A model generated the notes under the pieces. That model did no database searches and had not been told where the DNA came from. It was given only the letters and a program-made list of their open reading frames with translations. This document shows positions 47,301-60,581 of a stretch of 64,000 nucleotides of DNA, piece after piece (position 1 is the first letter of the stretch; every line of letters starts with the position of its first letter). A program made the translations under genes and the position numbers. The stretch is from Owenia fusiformis (Eukaryota), in the NCBI GenBank assembly GCA_903813345.2, contig CAIIXF020000001.1, positions 47,244,001 through 47,308,000 on the forward strand, in the 5' to 3' direction.

Positions 47301-50300
47301 CCGTTTTGGTGCCTTTTGCCCCTGTTTACATCAATAGAAGAGGTGTTTTCTTTAAGAGGGAAGTCTGTTCTTTCAAACGGTACAATCATTTTATGTGGGA
47401 AAGTACCGGACAACAAAACCCCTTTTCTAGAGCCCTTTTGGAAATCAGATCGGGGACTATAGGCCTATATGATATGGTATAGCACGAGCACCGAGTTTAC
47501 ACTATACAAAAGTTTACGTTATACGGAGTGGCTCCAGGACCGACTGGAGACTGTCAGGGGCGTAGGAAGGTGTAAATTCAACACTACGCCAAAAATCCCG
47601 CCAAAAAATATGAAACAATTGTGTCAATATTCTATATCAAAACGCCTATATTATGCTCGTAAAACGTCATTTTATGGTAACAGAGATTTCAAGCTTGCAA
47701 TATTCACAACCTAAATGTGAACGGAAATACTTAAGCGATGCATTTGTATGGGCGATTGGTCATACGTATAGGTTGGCGTTTCGATTTCATATGCAAGCTT
47801 TAAATCCCCGATACCTTTTTAATGTGCTTTAAAATGTTCGAATGATTTTCATCATTTAAAATCACCTTGGAAAGCCTATCTTTTATATCTCGACACAAAT
47901 CATTCTCACTTTGCTAATATCTCGAACGATTGAGACGACCAATTTCCAAAAAACAATTAGAGATTTTTTAATCATTTTCGAATAATTGAATTAAGATCTG
48001 AAGATAAATAGTATTGTCGGATTCCATCGTGTACCGTGCAATACAATACGTACAGATTAAAGAAACTAGTTTGATCAATTGATATAAAGAAACGCATTCG
48101 TGATCAATGAAACAAATAAATACACCCACCACAAAGGTCAAATCGAGGTCAACGTGACTTAGGGGATGCCAAAAATGTTATAAAACAAGAATCTATTATT
48201 TGTCAAATGAAAAAACTAGGTTATCGCTTTTCTAGAACTGAAATCAATGGAACGTGTAATTGAATAATCAGCATTTTCAAGTTGTTTTTGTCTTTAACAT
48301 CCATATTTCAAAAATTCTCAAAAAAATTCTCAAATTCGTGAAGAGAACGCGATTCACGAATATTTGGCGAAATTGTATTTATAAGACAGTCAATAGTGGC
48401 TCGATTTTCATGAAATAAAGCATGTTGGTAAGAGAATTCAATCTGTTAAATGATATTTGCCAGACAGACCAATAATGATATGGTATCCACAAAACATTTC
48501 TTTAGGCTAGTGTGCTCGAGATTACTTTTACAATTTAAACAATGAGAAAATATGACTAAAGAACATAGGAAAGTTAAAAAGTCTTTTTTATTCTCACTTT
48601 TCAACACTACGCACTGGCGTTTTGGCGTACATTGTTCCTACGCCACTGACTGTCCAGGGGTATTTGCTGGGGTACCGACAATTGTCGGCACTCTATCGTC
48701 ACCTAGTAGTGTCAGATAGAGAACCGACAATTGTCGGTACGCAAGTGGCTGCTACGTGTTTTTGCTAGAGAGCTGACAATTTCATAAATAAATCCACTAC
48801 TTTTAATTTCTTAAATAACCTCATCATGGTTGTCTAGTGGTTAGCGAGCACGACTCGAACACACTCGGTCCCGAGTTCGAATCCCGCCAAGACCTACTTT
48901 TTTCTTTTGAGGGGGGGGGCATAGTGCTTCTTTTGCAGTATGGAGTCGTACAGGCATTAACTTGTAGATAGCCATAATTTATTTCGACAAAAATTGATTC
49001 AACTTCCATCAAAATTGTCCTACAAGCTTCAATTAAAAAACATTTTAACGCTCTTTTCTTGTTCTATCTAATGGGTCGATATATACAATTAGGAGGGGAT
49101 GCTTTCGCCCCCGTCGACCTCTACCCTTACTACGCCATGGCACAGGAGAAATATCTCATTTGGAATATATCACTGTTTACTTTGCGTTTGGTAGCTCTCT
49201 CATGCGAGATGGAATCGTGGCCATTAACTAAGGGAGCCAAATGCAACTTCCATCAAAAATTGTGCTATAAGGTATGAGTACCGTAATCCAACACCAAATT
49301 CGAAAATTCATAACAATACTTAGTTCAACGTCGTTAAACTCAATAACGGCGTTCTTTATTATTGGGAATTTTCTTGGGGCCATTATTGAGTTTAACCTCC
49401 TTACTATTCTTTCCTTTGATGCAAGTTCTGAATCCATCGAAACCATTTTTCCGCGATAACGTGCAACTGATACTTGACAGTAACATAAAAACACATAACA
49501 TCAAGCGATTTAACACAATATTATTGTGTTAAATGTTCATTTATACGAGTAAAATGAGGCTACACTTACCAATCTCTAAAGTGACATTTCCGCATGTCCG
49601 TCATTGTGTCTGTTCGTCTGAGTGTCCCGGATCGTAAAATTAAACTACCACCGAAACGAAATTGTTGTCAAATAGATTGATAATTATTATCGCGATTACT
49701 CGCGATAAAAAGATCAATTTTGAGGATAACAGGTATCTTTGATTAATTTATATAGCGCGTATATACACGCAAAATAGTTATTAATTGCAAATCAACTGTT
49801 CGTTAATGCAGTGCCGTGATGACGGTTAATTCCTGAAACGATTTGCAATTTCGATGTTACCGAAACTGACCGACATTTTCGTCATATTCCAAACCTGTCT
49901 CCAATATTTTCGTAATTATGCATCAATAGGGTCTAAGGGGGATACGGGACGGGGTGTATGTGTTTATAAGGTATGTATGCATGCTTGAATCACATTCTTT
50001 GTGTAATATTGCCATGTTTTCAGGGTTCAATTAGTTCCGCTTGTCGAAACCTGCTGAACGATTAAATTAACGCATCAAAGGCAAAATGGTCATGGAGGTT
50101 AGACCTAGCCGGGCCATAACACATGTCAGATAAGAAACGAGGCCCGGGCTAGGTCTAATGTTGTTGGACTAAACAATACTTTGCACATATGGCGTTCGTG
50201 ACCAACTATGAAACGCTTACCCCCCATAGTGTTATATATCAAAATGTACCTGTCCATATAGCAGGCCTGTCAACTTGGGAACACCTAACATGAGTGACGC

Positions 50301-53300
50301 GTTTCAAACATCCGTCAACGGGGGGGGGGGGGGGGAGGTACGAAAAATTTCGAACGGATTGCGTGACATATACGTAATTGGCGTGAAAAGTCCGAACGAA
50401 ATGCGTACATTTTTTTCCTGCGTTCGTATTTTTGCTGTGTAGACGATCTTTTTTAGAAATTTTTCTACAGAAATATTTTTGCTTGACAATTACCAGGTAA
50501 AATGCGTATTTGCGTGACATTTTCTGTCACGCAAAAATAACTGGCGTGACTACAAATTCTTCAGCAAATGCGTGACAAATACGCAAATTGCGGGACAGTT
50601 GACAGGCCTGATATAGGGGTTCGATTGACCTACATCAAATTATAGGGAGTCAGGTTACTTTTTGAGATATCAGCGTCCGTTTATTGTAACTCGCGTTTGC
50701 TACCACTTCCTCAATTCTGATATGACAGGCAAACGCGTAGTAAACATGCTCACGTTCGGAACTATTTTGACCTACATCGCTATTTTCGTAATTCAAATGA
50801 AAGTTGAAGTCCTCTTTATTTTGATACCAAATAGTGGCATACTAGGTACCCTAGAAGCCAACTATGGGTTATTTAGAACGATACCACAGGTTTTTAAATG
50901 GACTATATAGGGGTCATACCTTTTGGCGGATGGATATGGAACCTCATACCATACGATAAGCTCTAAAAAACATTCTAGCTATTTTCTTCTATCTAATGGG
51001 TAGCAAACGCCCCTTCCTTTTTATTGGGCTTTCAACGTTTACTACCATTCCCTGTTCCCGGGCTACCATTTTTTGACTGGGTTTGGTAATCCCCGGGTAA
51101 CCGGGGCTAATGCCCTCCCCGGGTTTTGCACTTGTTCCCAAAATATCCGTATGATATCTGAAATATCCCCCCGCGCATTGCGCATGCACCAGAAAATTCG
51201 AAAATCAATATTTGTCGGTCCTCTAGCGTGTAAACACAGCATATCTCCCGTACCGACAATTTATTTGTTGGTCCTCTAGCGTGCCACCACATCAGAGTCT
51301 AGAGTACCGACAATTGTAACATTTCCCATGTTATTTTCCCATAGGGAAAACTCATGCTATCAATTGTTTTCAGCATGATTTTGGTCATCGAAAATTGATA
51401 TCTTCAAAACTAGACTTTCAATACCATTCTACTTTCGAAATGTTTGAATTGAAAGAAAACATATTGTTTCAATAAAAAACACTGTATTTATGTCCAGAAA
51501 GTACTCATGGTGAAAGATATGACCGTGTAAAATCACTTGCCATACTGCAACATGGACCTTTAGATTCATTCAAAGAAAAATAACATAATGATTTGGAAAC
51601 CATCTTTATTTTCCTTTTCATGATTTTCTGAAAATTCAAAATATTATATTCAGTAACCTTTCCGAACGTGCAAGTTCTAACTATTTTTTAGTCACGTTTT
51701 CGGATCCGGACGGCTGGAAAATCGATTTTATTTTGATCCTGGTCGTCTAAATGATTGACTGAATTGACTGAACTCAATTATCTGAGTTCAAAATATTTCA
51801 AAAATTCCGCATGTTTTGTGACTTCCTGTTGACCCCAGTTGCCTATCTTGAGACCTTAAATAATCCGAAGTCAAACTTTCTGTACTTATGGGGCAACCCT
51901 CGTATAATCGAAGTTCTCTCTAGACTATTGTAAAACCCATCGTCCTAATTTCGAACTCAGTAGTAACTTGAAAAGGTCATGTAAGGCTCTCGCCACTATT
52001 TTTTCCAATGCTCCAAAGAATCTTATCTGAGGAATTTGATATGCTAGTTTATTTTATTAAGATAACTTAGAATATGCCTTTGAATAATTTGTAGATTCTT
52101 ATCCAAATTCAAGCCATCTGTATCAGACAACAATAATGTGAATATATTTCCCATCGGTGACGGGGTTTATACAGCAACTGAGACGAGTCTTCTGCGGAGA
52201 ATAGACCACGAAACACTTGATACGGAGGGCAAGGTTGGTTTGTATTTGTTTTTTAATTTTGATTAGGATATTTTGATATAGTTTTTGAAACTTAAATGAG
52301 ACTTACCTCAAATTCAAAATAAAGAAAAGTCTGGGAATTTGGCTAAATCAAAATTTTCACTACTTATATATAATGATTTTGTATTTTATCTTTGGAAAGA
52401 TATAGCCCAAAGACGATTCAACCGACATTTAACTGAAAAATATGAAACAACTATACAAAGGTCGGGGAGAAGTAAAATAAGCACTGAAAAACAAAAAAGT
52501 AACATACAATAAAACAACTTGACCAAAATGTTTAACCTAAGATGGCGGACGGGAAGTGTCGATTTCGGTATTTTTAGTTTTCATCCAATTATACTACTTT
52601 TAAGTTGACATTATGCTATGGTATTTGAACTAAATCAGAGTTATATGACATGGAAACTCTTGAGTATGACCATTTGTTCATATATCATGCCTGGGCGCCA
52701 CAGTTCGCCAAACCTTCCATCGATTAAGGAAAGGTAACTGGAAATGTATGATACTGTAACGGTCATGAAACCCAAATCCCAGTTACCTTCCCTAAGCGCT
52801 GGAAGATATCGTTGCCTACGCACGATATATGAACAAATGATAATACTCCGGAGTTTCCATGTCATATAAACCTGGTTTATTTCAAATATCAAAGCATTAC
52901 TATGAAGTAGTTTAATTCGATGAAAACTAAAACTATCGAAATCGACACTTCTCGTCCACCATCTTAAATGCGAAGGTAACGAGCGTTACCTTCGCTTACT
53001 GACCAGTTAACATAATGGGGTTCTATTTTATTGGCAGGTGGATTTAGTGAATTTGGTTTCTGTAAACCTAGCGACGGCTCATCCTCACTACGACCAGGAC
53101 GGGACGTACTATAACATTGGAAGCAATTTCAAGGCTGGTCTATATCATGTTATCAAAGTTAAACCTAACGTAAACGTGTCGGATCCAGTTGAAGGTGCAA
53201 AAATACTAAATACAATTAAAATGGAAAGCAGGGCCAAACCAGGCTATTATCATAGGTGTGTATCTGTTTACTGCTTTATCTTTGTTCTGATAGGTGTAGA

Positions 53301-56300
53301 AGTATGCGTGGGCTCCTACATGTAAACTACAATCCGTTGTTGAGACTATGATTCAAATGAAATAAACACATTCACCATTTTAAAATCAGGATGATCCTTA
53401 ACTATAAAAAGGTGCAATGATGAATAAAATTCCTATAACGTTGATTCATGAAATGCGCAAGTGTATTTCATTGTTGACAGTCACTAGACAAATGTTGGGT
53501 TGCAAAGGTTTTCGGCCTAGCTTTTTAAAGATATGCGCTTTTGGGTAAAAGACTAAAGCTATGTCCAGATAAAACAGCATACAGGGTGACAAAAAAACTG
53601 GAACCCAGTACGTTTGTACGTTTGATACATAATACAAATAAAACATTAGCACACTTGAACCTTTTAGTTTCTCTATGTCTGCAAACTACATTATCTTCCA
53701 CGAACAACCATTGCGGATGAATCTGTTGGGTCTGATGGTGAGGCCGTTTTTCAAAACGGCGATTGACAAATTGATGATCTTTGACAGGAAGCTGAAATCA
53801 AAGTTCCATATCTGCGACAAAAACACAGGTAGGATGCAACATTCAGGAGTTTCTACGAAGTGTAGAACTCATATACAGCACACTGAAGTACCGTTTCTGA
53901 AAACCTAAAGAGTCACTTTGATTTTCAATGATGTCATTTTCAGCAAATGCAGCACTCGCGCGATTTCAGATCAATATCATCTCGAGTGTGCGAGTCGAGG
54001 GACTACAAACGGTGGTCAGAACGCATTTAATAAAATAACATCAAGATATACATCATACTATCATTCAATGGCATTCACCTTAATGATTATTCATACATCT
54101 GAATCTCTTTTTTTACTTTTAACCTTTAGACTACTTTGTAAATTATGTAATTTAATTTGATGTACTTTTTATGCTCTCCTAACACGGAGGAAATAAGGAA
54201 ACATCAACATAAACATGATACATCTTCAACTTCATTTTTCTTACACCACACTACAGGAGAAACATGGCAGCTGAAATTTGTAATGGAACCATTTTTACAC
54301 CTCCATACAATGAATTCATTTGAAGAAGATGGTCACCTGGTCGTAGATATGGCTTGTACTGACGAAGCCTCCCCATACGATGACTTCTACCTAAGTAGCT
54401 TCAAGAAAGTACGATATATTTTAGATCGTCAATACTTTTATCATATACAGGGGCGTAGCCAGCTTTCAGTGAGGGGGGGGGGGTGCGATCGCCAAAAAAG
54501 CCGATTTTCAGTCAGGGAGGTGCAATCGTGGCATAAGAAACCTCAAAAAGTGAAGATTAGATTTGAATTTTATAAAAATTGATGCAACTTCCTTCAAAGT
54601 TGAGCTAGAAACTTCCGAAATAAAATGCATTTTAAAGCTATTTTTCTTCTATCTAATAGATCTATTTCATTGATTAATGGGGGGACCCACTCTTGGCAAC
54701 GTCTAATGATATATAACACATTATTTAATTTGACACTTGTTTTGCTTGTACATAGCATTTCTATTTTGTAGATGTCTGCGGATGATGCTGCACCAAAAAT
54801 GAAGGATGTTAAGTTAACACAAGTCCCACGGAGATTTGTGATCCCATTAGATGTAACACCCGAAAGCTCTAAAGATGTCAATCTTGTCACATTATCTGGA
54901 ACAACTGGTAATAACACTTCTTCACGTTTGGAGGATGACCTCATGCATTTAAGGGTTCCACAATATATACCAGTGCACATTTTGTCACCTCTTATCACTT
55001 TTAATATTCAAGATCCAGTTCCTTTTCTTTCTATGAACAATAAATCATTGGCTTTTTGTGTTGCAGCATCTTCTTATTAAAAGACACCGGATATAGCCCA
55101 ACATTGCAAAATGTTCTACGTTATCATTATCTCTATAATTCATATTTTTGCAACTATCAATGATTTTGATATTCAACTTGTTGATCGCATATTATATAAA
55201 CGTACAAATAGCCATTTAAACACTGCTACAATACTACTCCAATTTTGTTGTACCTGTTGCTCATATACCTGGAATATTATATAACTCAAAACATTCCAAA
55301 TATACATGTATGAGATTGTGCAACGTGTACATGTGTGACGACGTGACAAACTTTTTTAACAACTCTGTTGAAATAACGTTAGCCAACTTTTCATTGATAC
55401 TGCTCTATCCGGATGGCCACAAAGGCTAAAAGCTATCATAATCGAGGGCATATAAGTATACATCAACAATTTAATTGGGCAACCACAGTTCCGGAGTGTC
55501 TTCCTCTCTTTTCCAGCCACTGCGATCCTAAAAGAGGATGGCTTTGTCCACTTGACTTACGAGCCTTTATACACTGATGAATTTGTGAAGTTGAGTAGTG
55601 GTTTCGACTTTCCAAGAATAAATTACGACTTTTACAACACAAAGCCGTACAGGTATTGCTACGGGGCTGGCTTTGATAGGATTCTGGTGGACAAGTTGAT
55701 CAAACTTGATATTTCTACAAAGAGCGGAAAGGTAAGTGTGAGACCGAAACATCACCGGATAATTTCTTCTGAGCAGTACTGTCTAAGGTAACTCTCATTG
55801 ACAATCATGATCATAATTTCGTCACCCTCAGAGGCTTCAGTTTTGTAAAAGGAAACCGAATTACATTTTTAACGACCACATCAATTTATTGAAGATTATG
55901 TAGGTACTTGATGATATGATATGTATTCTCAAAGTAATATGGGAAAGATGATTTTAATTTAGGGCTACACAAGTCTGTTTCTGCCATGTGAGTCTTGATA
56001 ATTAGCATTCCAAATAGTAAAAATAGTTATTTTGGTATCATGCTGTCTCATTTGTCCGAAAACCTATCCATTATAATTCATGATGACATCTTTCTGAGGT
56101 AATACTATAATACAGTCAAGATATCACATCATATATAACATAATGTTCATAATATAAAATAATCCTGTTCCAATTCAGGTGTGGAAAGAGGACGAGTATT
56201 ACCCATCAGAACCAGTATTTGTTCCTTCACCCAACGCTACTGAAGAGGATGAAGGTATGATATATAAGTAAAACTCCTAAAAATCCTACAAAACGAGTCA

Positions 56301-56543
56301 GTTTGTCAGTTGTATTATTGACCTATTGTAAAGACATAGACCAAGTCATTAGCATTTTATCATTTTCCCTATTTTTCACATTTACTCATTTATTTTGCAG
56401 GTGTGGTATTATCAGTGGTTATAAGCCCAAACAATGCCAAACCTACTTTCTTGTTGGTTCTTGATGGCCAGAGCTTTACCGAGTTGGGCCGAGCGACGAT
56501 TCCCTACGACATCCCGTTTGGCATGCACGGGATGTTCATGTAG
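41302..56543 (+). CDS. Carotenoid cleavage oxygenase (BCO1/BCO2/RPE65 family), copy 2, 538 aa
   Basis: Exons 41302-41419, 41725-41983, 52095-52233, 53038-53255, 53668-53828, 54257-54408, 54772-54907, 55517-55731, 56179-56254, 56401-56543. Exons 2-10 have the same lengths and phases as copy 1, no stops, and PDPCK plus four His are intact. Confidence 0.94.
41476..41658. mobile_element. hAT-like MITE in BCO copy 2 intron 1
   Basis: ...CCCGTAGCCAG...GGGGG / CCCCCTCTGGCTACGGTCCTG imperfect TIRs. Confidence 0.5.
42791..43219 (+). pseudogene. Academ transposase C-terminal fragment (end of XPG-like region plus Cys-rich zinc finger)
   Basis: [26 protein letters not shown]...SPTLHGW...W...P......[30 protein letters not shown], the motif series I recognise from Academ proteins; the N-terminal part is missing. 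Confidence 0.8.
43293..43765. mobile_element. Foldback MITE nested in the Academ element
   Basis: gtgatccgctcgatta / taatcgagtggatcac termini, plus an internal ~100-bp inverted repeat (gtaggcagaat...ctcacaaacgtg / cacgtttgtgag...attctgcctac). Confidence 0.7.
47555..48648. mobile_element. Non-autonomous TIR element
   Basis: ACTGT|CAGGGGCGTAGGAA ... TTCCTACGCCACTG|ACTGT (5-bp flanking duplication). A ~60-bp internal piece recurs at ~61484-61546. Confidence 0.7.
48822..48894 (+). pseudogene. Degenerate tRNA-like sequence (pseudo-tRNA or SINE head)
   Basis: A-box-like TCTAGTGGTTAG and B-box GAGTTCGAATCCC at tRNA spacing; acceptor and anticodon stems pair poorly. Confidence 0.45.
50262..50610. 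mobile_element. MITE with CAGGCCTGTCAACT TIRs
   Basis: ATATAG|CAGGCCTGTCAACT ... AGTTGACAGGCCTG|ATATAG (6-bp flanking duplication); internal GCGTGACA repeats. Confidence 0.8.
52541..52963. mobile_element. MITE (Kolobok-like, CTAA/TTAA flanks) in BCO copy 2 intron 3
   Basis: ~45-bp TIR GATGGCGGACGGGAAGTGTCGATTTCGG..TTTTAGTTTTCATC and its inverse at 52919-52963. Confidence 0.8.
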
Positions 56544-58276
56544 AACACCTGATAACATTCGCAGATAAGATGATTACCAGAATAAGGGCGCGATATTGTT
56601 AACATTTATGCACATGTGATGTTAACATTAATATTGATGTCATATCTGGTAAAATAACCGAGGTTGGTCTTGTACATATATAAACAAGTTTATAGAGACG
56701 AAGTATACACAGAACGGTCGCAATTATCAATGAGATGGAGTATTTGTAAATATGGATTAAATGAAGAAAAGAATGAATGTTAACATGTAAAAATGAATGC
56801 AAATATGAAATACGCAAAATGTGAAATGTTGAGATTTATTTTTCTTACTGTACTTGCGTGCTGTCAAGTACAGGGAAACCCTGCATTTTCCTAATATCTT
56901 TGTCATCTTAAGGAACTACTCCCTATGTGGCCCGACAGAGCAATAGTGGCCACTAGGGCATGTTCTCTAAAGTGCTGTAACATTGTGACTATCAATCTGA
57001 TGGTCATGAAACAAGGTAGGCTGGTAGTAAATCGAATGATGTACAAATGTCCAAAATATCAGGGAGTTATTTCTTAAAATGACATATATATGAGGAAAAT
57101 GGTGTAAGGGTTTCCATTTTTTGACCACCCTGTATGTTTAAAATGTTCTGGAGATGTCAATTAATATTGTGTTCAACTGCGCTAGCTTGTAGCCAGTATA
57201 TTGATCATTAACTGCACGTATCTGTTGCAATTGTTGCTACGATAAAACGGATTATTATTTCATTTGTACTGAACACAAATACATGACGTATATTCTAGTA
57301 AAAATGGAAGGTTTACAGGTCTCTGATATCGATGATATCGCAATATTATTATATGTATGTACAAATCTAATTGACTAGTTGAAGAGTTAAACCACCTCGA
57401 TCTATCCTTCAGGATCGCGCGGGCCTCGGTGAGCATATGGAAAGAATCAAAATACCCTTGGTCCAAGGATGACTTTGATCAGTAGGATCCCCAAGACAAC
57501 CTGTATTTATTTCGTACTGGACGAAAATAAAAATTTCTTTCCTCAAGAGGTCCAGAAATGATTTTTCTTTGACAATTTCAACAAAGAAAAAGCGCAAAGA
57601 TATGAGCATTTGCGAGGACACTATTCTCAGGTCAAGAAGCGAATTATTTCCAAGCTGGAGACACACAACCATTAGATCCTCCGCCGAGTGGGAATAGATG
57701 GCATTATAAAAACAAAAATATAGTCCAATTATTGTAAGTACATTAGCATCACCAGTGGTTGGATTTTGGTAAGTACATGAATGAAAAAGTGTATGTATGG
57801 ACCAACTCTGAAATATGATTTGATTTGATTAAGGTGCATTTTCTTAAAAAAATTTTACCTTATTGACCTGCGTCCATCTGTCAAAATCAGAATGACATTT
57901 TTTGACATTTTCTATAGATGACGTCTTCAACAGGTGAGATCTTTTGATTTTCGTGGGGAGTTTTGATTCAAACTTCTTTGACTGACAGAGAACATACTGG
58001 GGTATGATGGAATGACAGCAAAACATGTCCACAAATCTTAGTTTTCTCTGGAAGACAGATCGTTTGTATGGGAATACGCATGTTATAACAATTAGTTGGG
58101 TTAACCCGCTTTTGATTTGCTTAGAAATGACCTCTTTGTCATCAAGAGGTGAAAGCCACGGGTGAGTAGCTCACATAATTACATTTTTTATATCGATGAG
58201 CACTCCCTAAATGTCAGCTTTATATGCCAAAAATGTCATATGACATTCAAATTACGATTAGATCGACATCCACATG

Positions 58277-59690
58277 ATCCATCTCTTATATGAATAGTTG
58301 CGTGTAACTCGACTAATGAACCATAAGGTGATATTGAAATGAAATAAACCCTAGATGGGTTATATACGAGGGGTGATCCAAAAGTCTTGGACGCCACGCT
58401 CTAACTTTGCTATTTTCTAATATGATTACATGAAACTTTCAGATAATAAAGATCAACATCTTAACAACTTTGTGTATAAGTTTCAACAGAAAATATTATA
58501 TTTTAGCTGCTTTTCTAATTATTTTTTCATACCGGGTCCCTGCCACCCGGAACGGTATTTAAATATAGCAAATCACGTCACACCTGTTATAATATGGCAA
58601 ATACTTTAGGTGCAGATGCACAACCTAACACCAGTCATGATATGAGAGAATTTGCAATTTTCAATCTGAGTGTCATCTGCCATTATCATTTTCACATATT
58701 ATGACCTACTTTTCAACAAATTTTCCACGACTTTGAACACATTTTTCATACAGCTCTACCAATGAATAGAAGACATTTATGAAACCGACATTGCTTATGA
58801 GATACAAATGCTGCTGGAGTGCCACTCTAAACCTCATCCAATGAGTAAAAAGACATTTTTATTCGAACCTCCCTTTAACTTGGAGAAAAGGAAGAAAATA
58901 ACACGGAGCCATATCTAGACTGTATCATGCATATGGTAGCTGCTCAAGGTCAATATTGGGGAGAATATCTTGTAGTATTCTTTGTTTCACTTTGATTTCT
59001 TTCATGTTCTGCATTTCAGCAGTCATCTTGCAGTAAAAATGATACCAGAATGAGGGTTGCTTGTCTGATGTTATTTTCTTAGAATTTGACATATACGGCC
59101 AATGTCATATGTGATATTATAATTAAAACACAATTAATTGGTTGCCTAGTTACAAAGGAAGTAAACTAACATGGTTTAACATACAAAATTCAAAGAAAGA
59201 TAGTGGTCAAAACTTGCAAAACAAGTGAAATGGCGGCAACATTTAAGGCTGAAAGTTGCCATGTGCGAATACCGTTCCGGGTGGCAGGGTCCCTATATCA
59301 AAAACTATCTAGAAAACTACATAAAATAGATCATGTCTCCATGAAATTACTACACAAAGTAGGTAGGTCATTGGTCTTTATTATTAGAAAGTTTAAAGAA
59401 GCTTTATCAAAAACCAACAAAGTTAGAGCAGGGCGTCCAAGACTTTTGGATCACCCCTCGTATTAAACAATGTTATACATCAAATAATCCATCTCTTTTA
59501 TGAATAGTTGCATGTTACTCGATTGGTGAACCTTTAGGTGATATTGCAATGAAATTAACCCTAGATGGGTTATATAACAAATAATGTTATACATAAAGTA
59601 ATCCATCTCTTTTATGAATAGTTGCATGTTACTCGACTGATGAATCATTAGGTGATATCGAAATAATATTAACCCTAGATGGGTTATATA
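58277..59690. repeat. ~118-bp tandem repeat (3 units) interrupted by the mariner element
   Basis: atccatctct...tatgaatagttgc...aaccctagatgggttatata at ~58277, ~59487 and ~59602. Confidence 0.75.
58367..59460 (-). mobile_element. Mariner element relic with decayed transposase
   Basis: TA|CGAGGGGTGATCCAAAAGTCTTGGACGCC TIRs at both ends. The minus strand reads LPYA*YSLDMAPCYF (degenerate YSPDLAPxDF motif) and YEKCVQSRGKFVEK* (mariner-type C-terminus). Confidence 0.85.
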
Positions 59691-59872
59691 TAAAAAATAA
59701 TGTTATATCGGAGAAATAAAGAAAAACGGACACGTTGCTGATTTACATAGCTCGATCGAGTGAGCTTCCTCAAGTTGTCTACCACAACCCGATGGCAAGT
59801 TTGAATTTGGAGAAATCACCTCCTCTGGGTCAAAGTTATTTATGTCGGCCGGCATGTTTAAATTCGCTAACG

Positions 59873-59993
59873 AAACCAGCACGGTGTCCTTGTAAATTGG
59901 TGTAAACCAGCATGGTGTCCTTGTAAATTGGTGTAAACCAGCACGGTGTCCTTGTAAATTGGTGTAAACCAGCACGGTGTCCTTGTAAATTGG
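59873..59993. repeat. 31-bp minisatellite, ~4 copies
   Basis: aaaccagcacggtgtccttgtaaattggtgt repeated head-to-tail without spacers. Confidence 0.9.
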
Positions 59994-60581
59994 GGTTTTG
60001 TTACAATCTACGTACCGAATAAGTCAGTTGTTATGATAAGCTTTTCTTATTTTAGTTTTATACGTTGACGATAATGTTAACAGGTAAAGAAATGTATATG
60101 TACCGAGATACTCTGTTATGAAAATAGTAACCCCTGGATTTTCTCGTATTGAAAACTATCGAAGTGAACTATAGCTATCTCATGAGTACTAACCAAACTT
60201 TCAAAATGACCTTAGTTAAGCTTTAATGTCCTGTTTAAGAACCCATGTTCTTACTTTTGAATGGATTCAAGCAATACTCAGATAAACACAATATATGTAG
60301 AGTCCTGGATTAAAATATGATGAAAACCGAATGTTAGATCAAAGACTATACTGCCGGTTAAACATTAACCATTTGACTAAGTATCTGAGGAATGGTAAGT
60401 TCATAGGGCAAACATTTTAGACTTGTATAACATACTGTAATGAAAAGGACAACTGTCTTAGAACATGTTGGCAAATACGATCATTGCGGCGAGGAATTAT
60501 CGGCGTCAAAGACCTCTCCATGTTATTGCAGGGAGGCTGTAAGTCCGTCGAGATTGGAATATTGGAAATAGGAAAATATAC

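Larger units (their letters stand above)
42019..47459. mobile_element. Internally deleted Academ DNA transposon, ~5.4 kb, with long (>=600 bp) TIRs built of ~120-bp subrepeats
   Basis: TAG|TAGTCCCTGATCTG ... CAGATCGGGGACTA|TAG (3-bp TSD). The mirrored near-identical ORFs 42051+/47416- and 42293+/47174- show the long TIRs; it carries a transposase C-terminal fragment. Confidence 0.88.

Noticed and set aside
41991..47482. Paired ORFs MLSGTFPHK... and M(Q/R)RPSCIL... as duplicated genes
   Set aside because: They are mirror images produced by the Academ terminal inverted repeats.
48822..48894. Functional tRNA gene
   Set aside because: The stems do not pair into a cloverleaf and it sits in repeat-derived sequence.
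41302..56543. BCO copy 2 as a transposon-disrupted pseudogene or an assembly haplotig
   Set aside because: All ten exons are open with canonical splice sites and the insertions are intronic. Exon 1 and most introns are too divergent from copy 1 to be alleles.
59873..59993. 31-bp repeats as a CRISPR array
   Set aside because: The units are head-to-tail with no unique spacers, there are no cas genes, and the context is eukaryotic.
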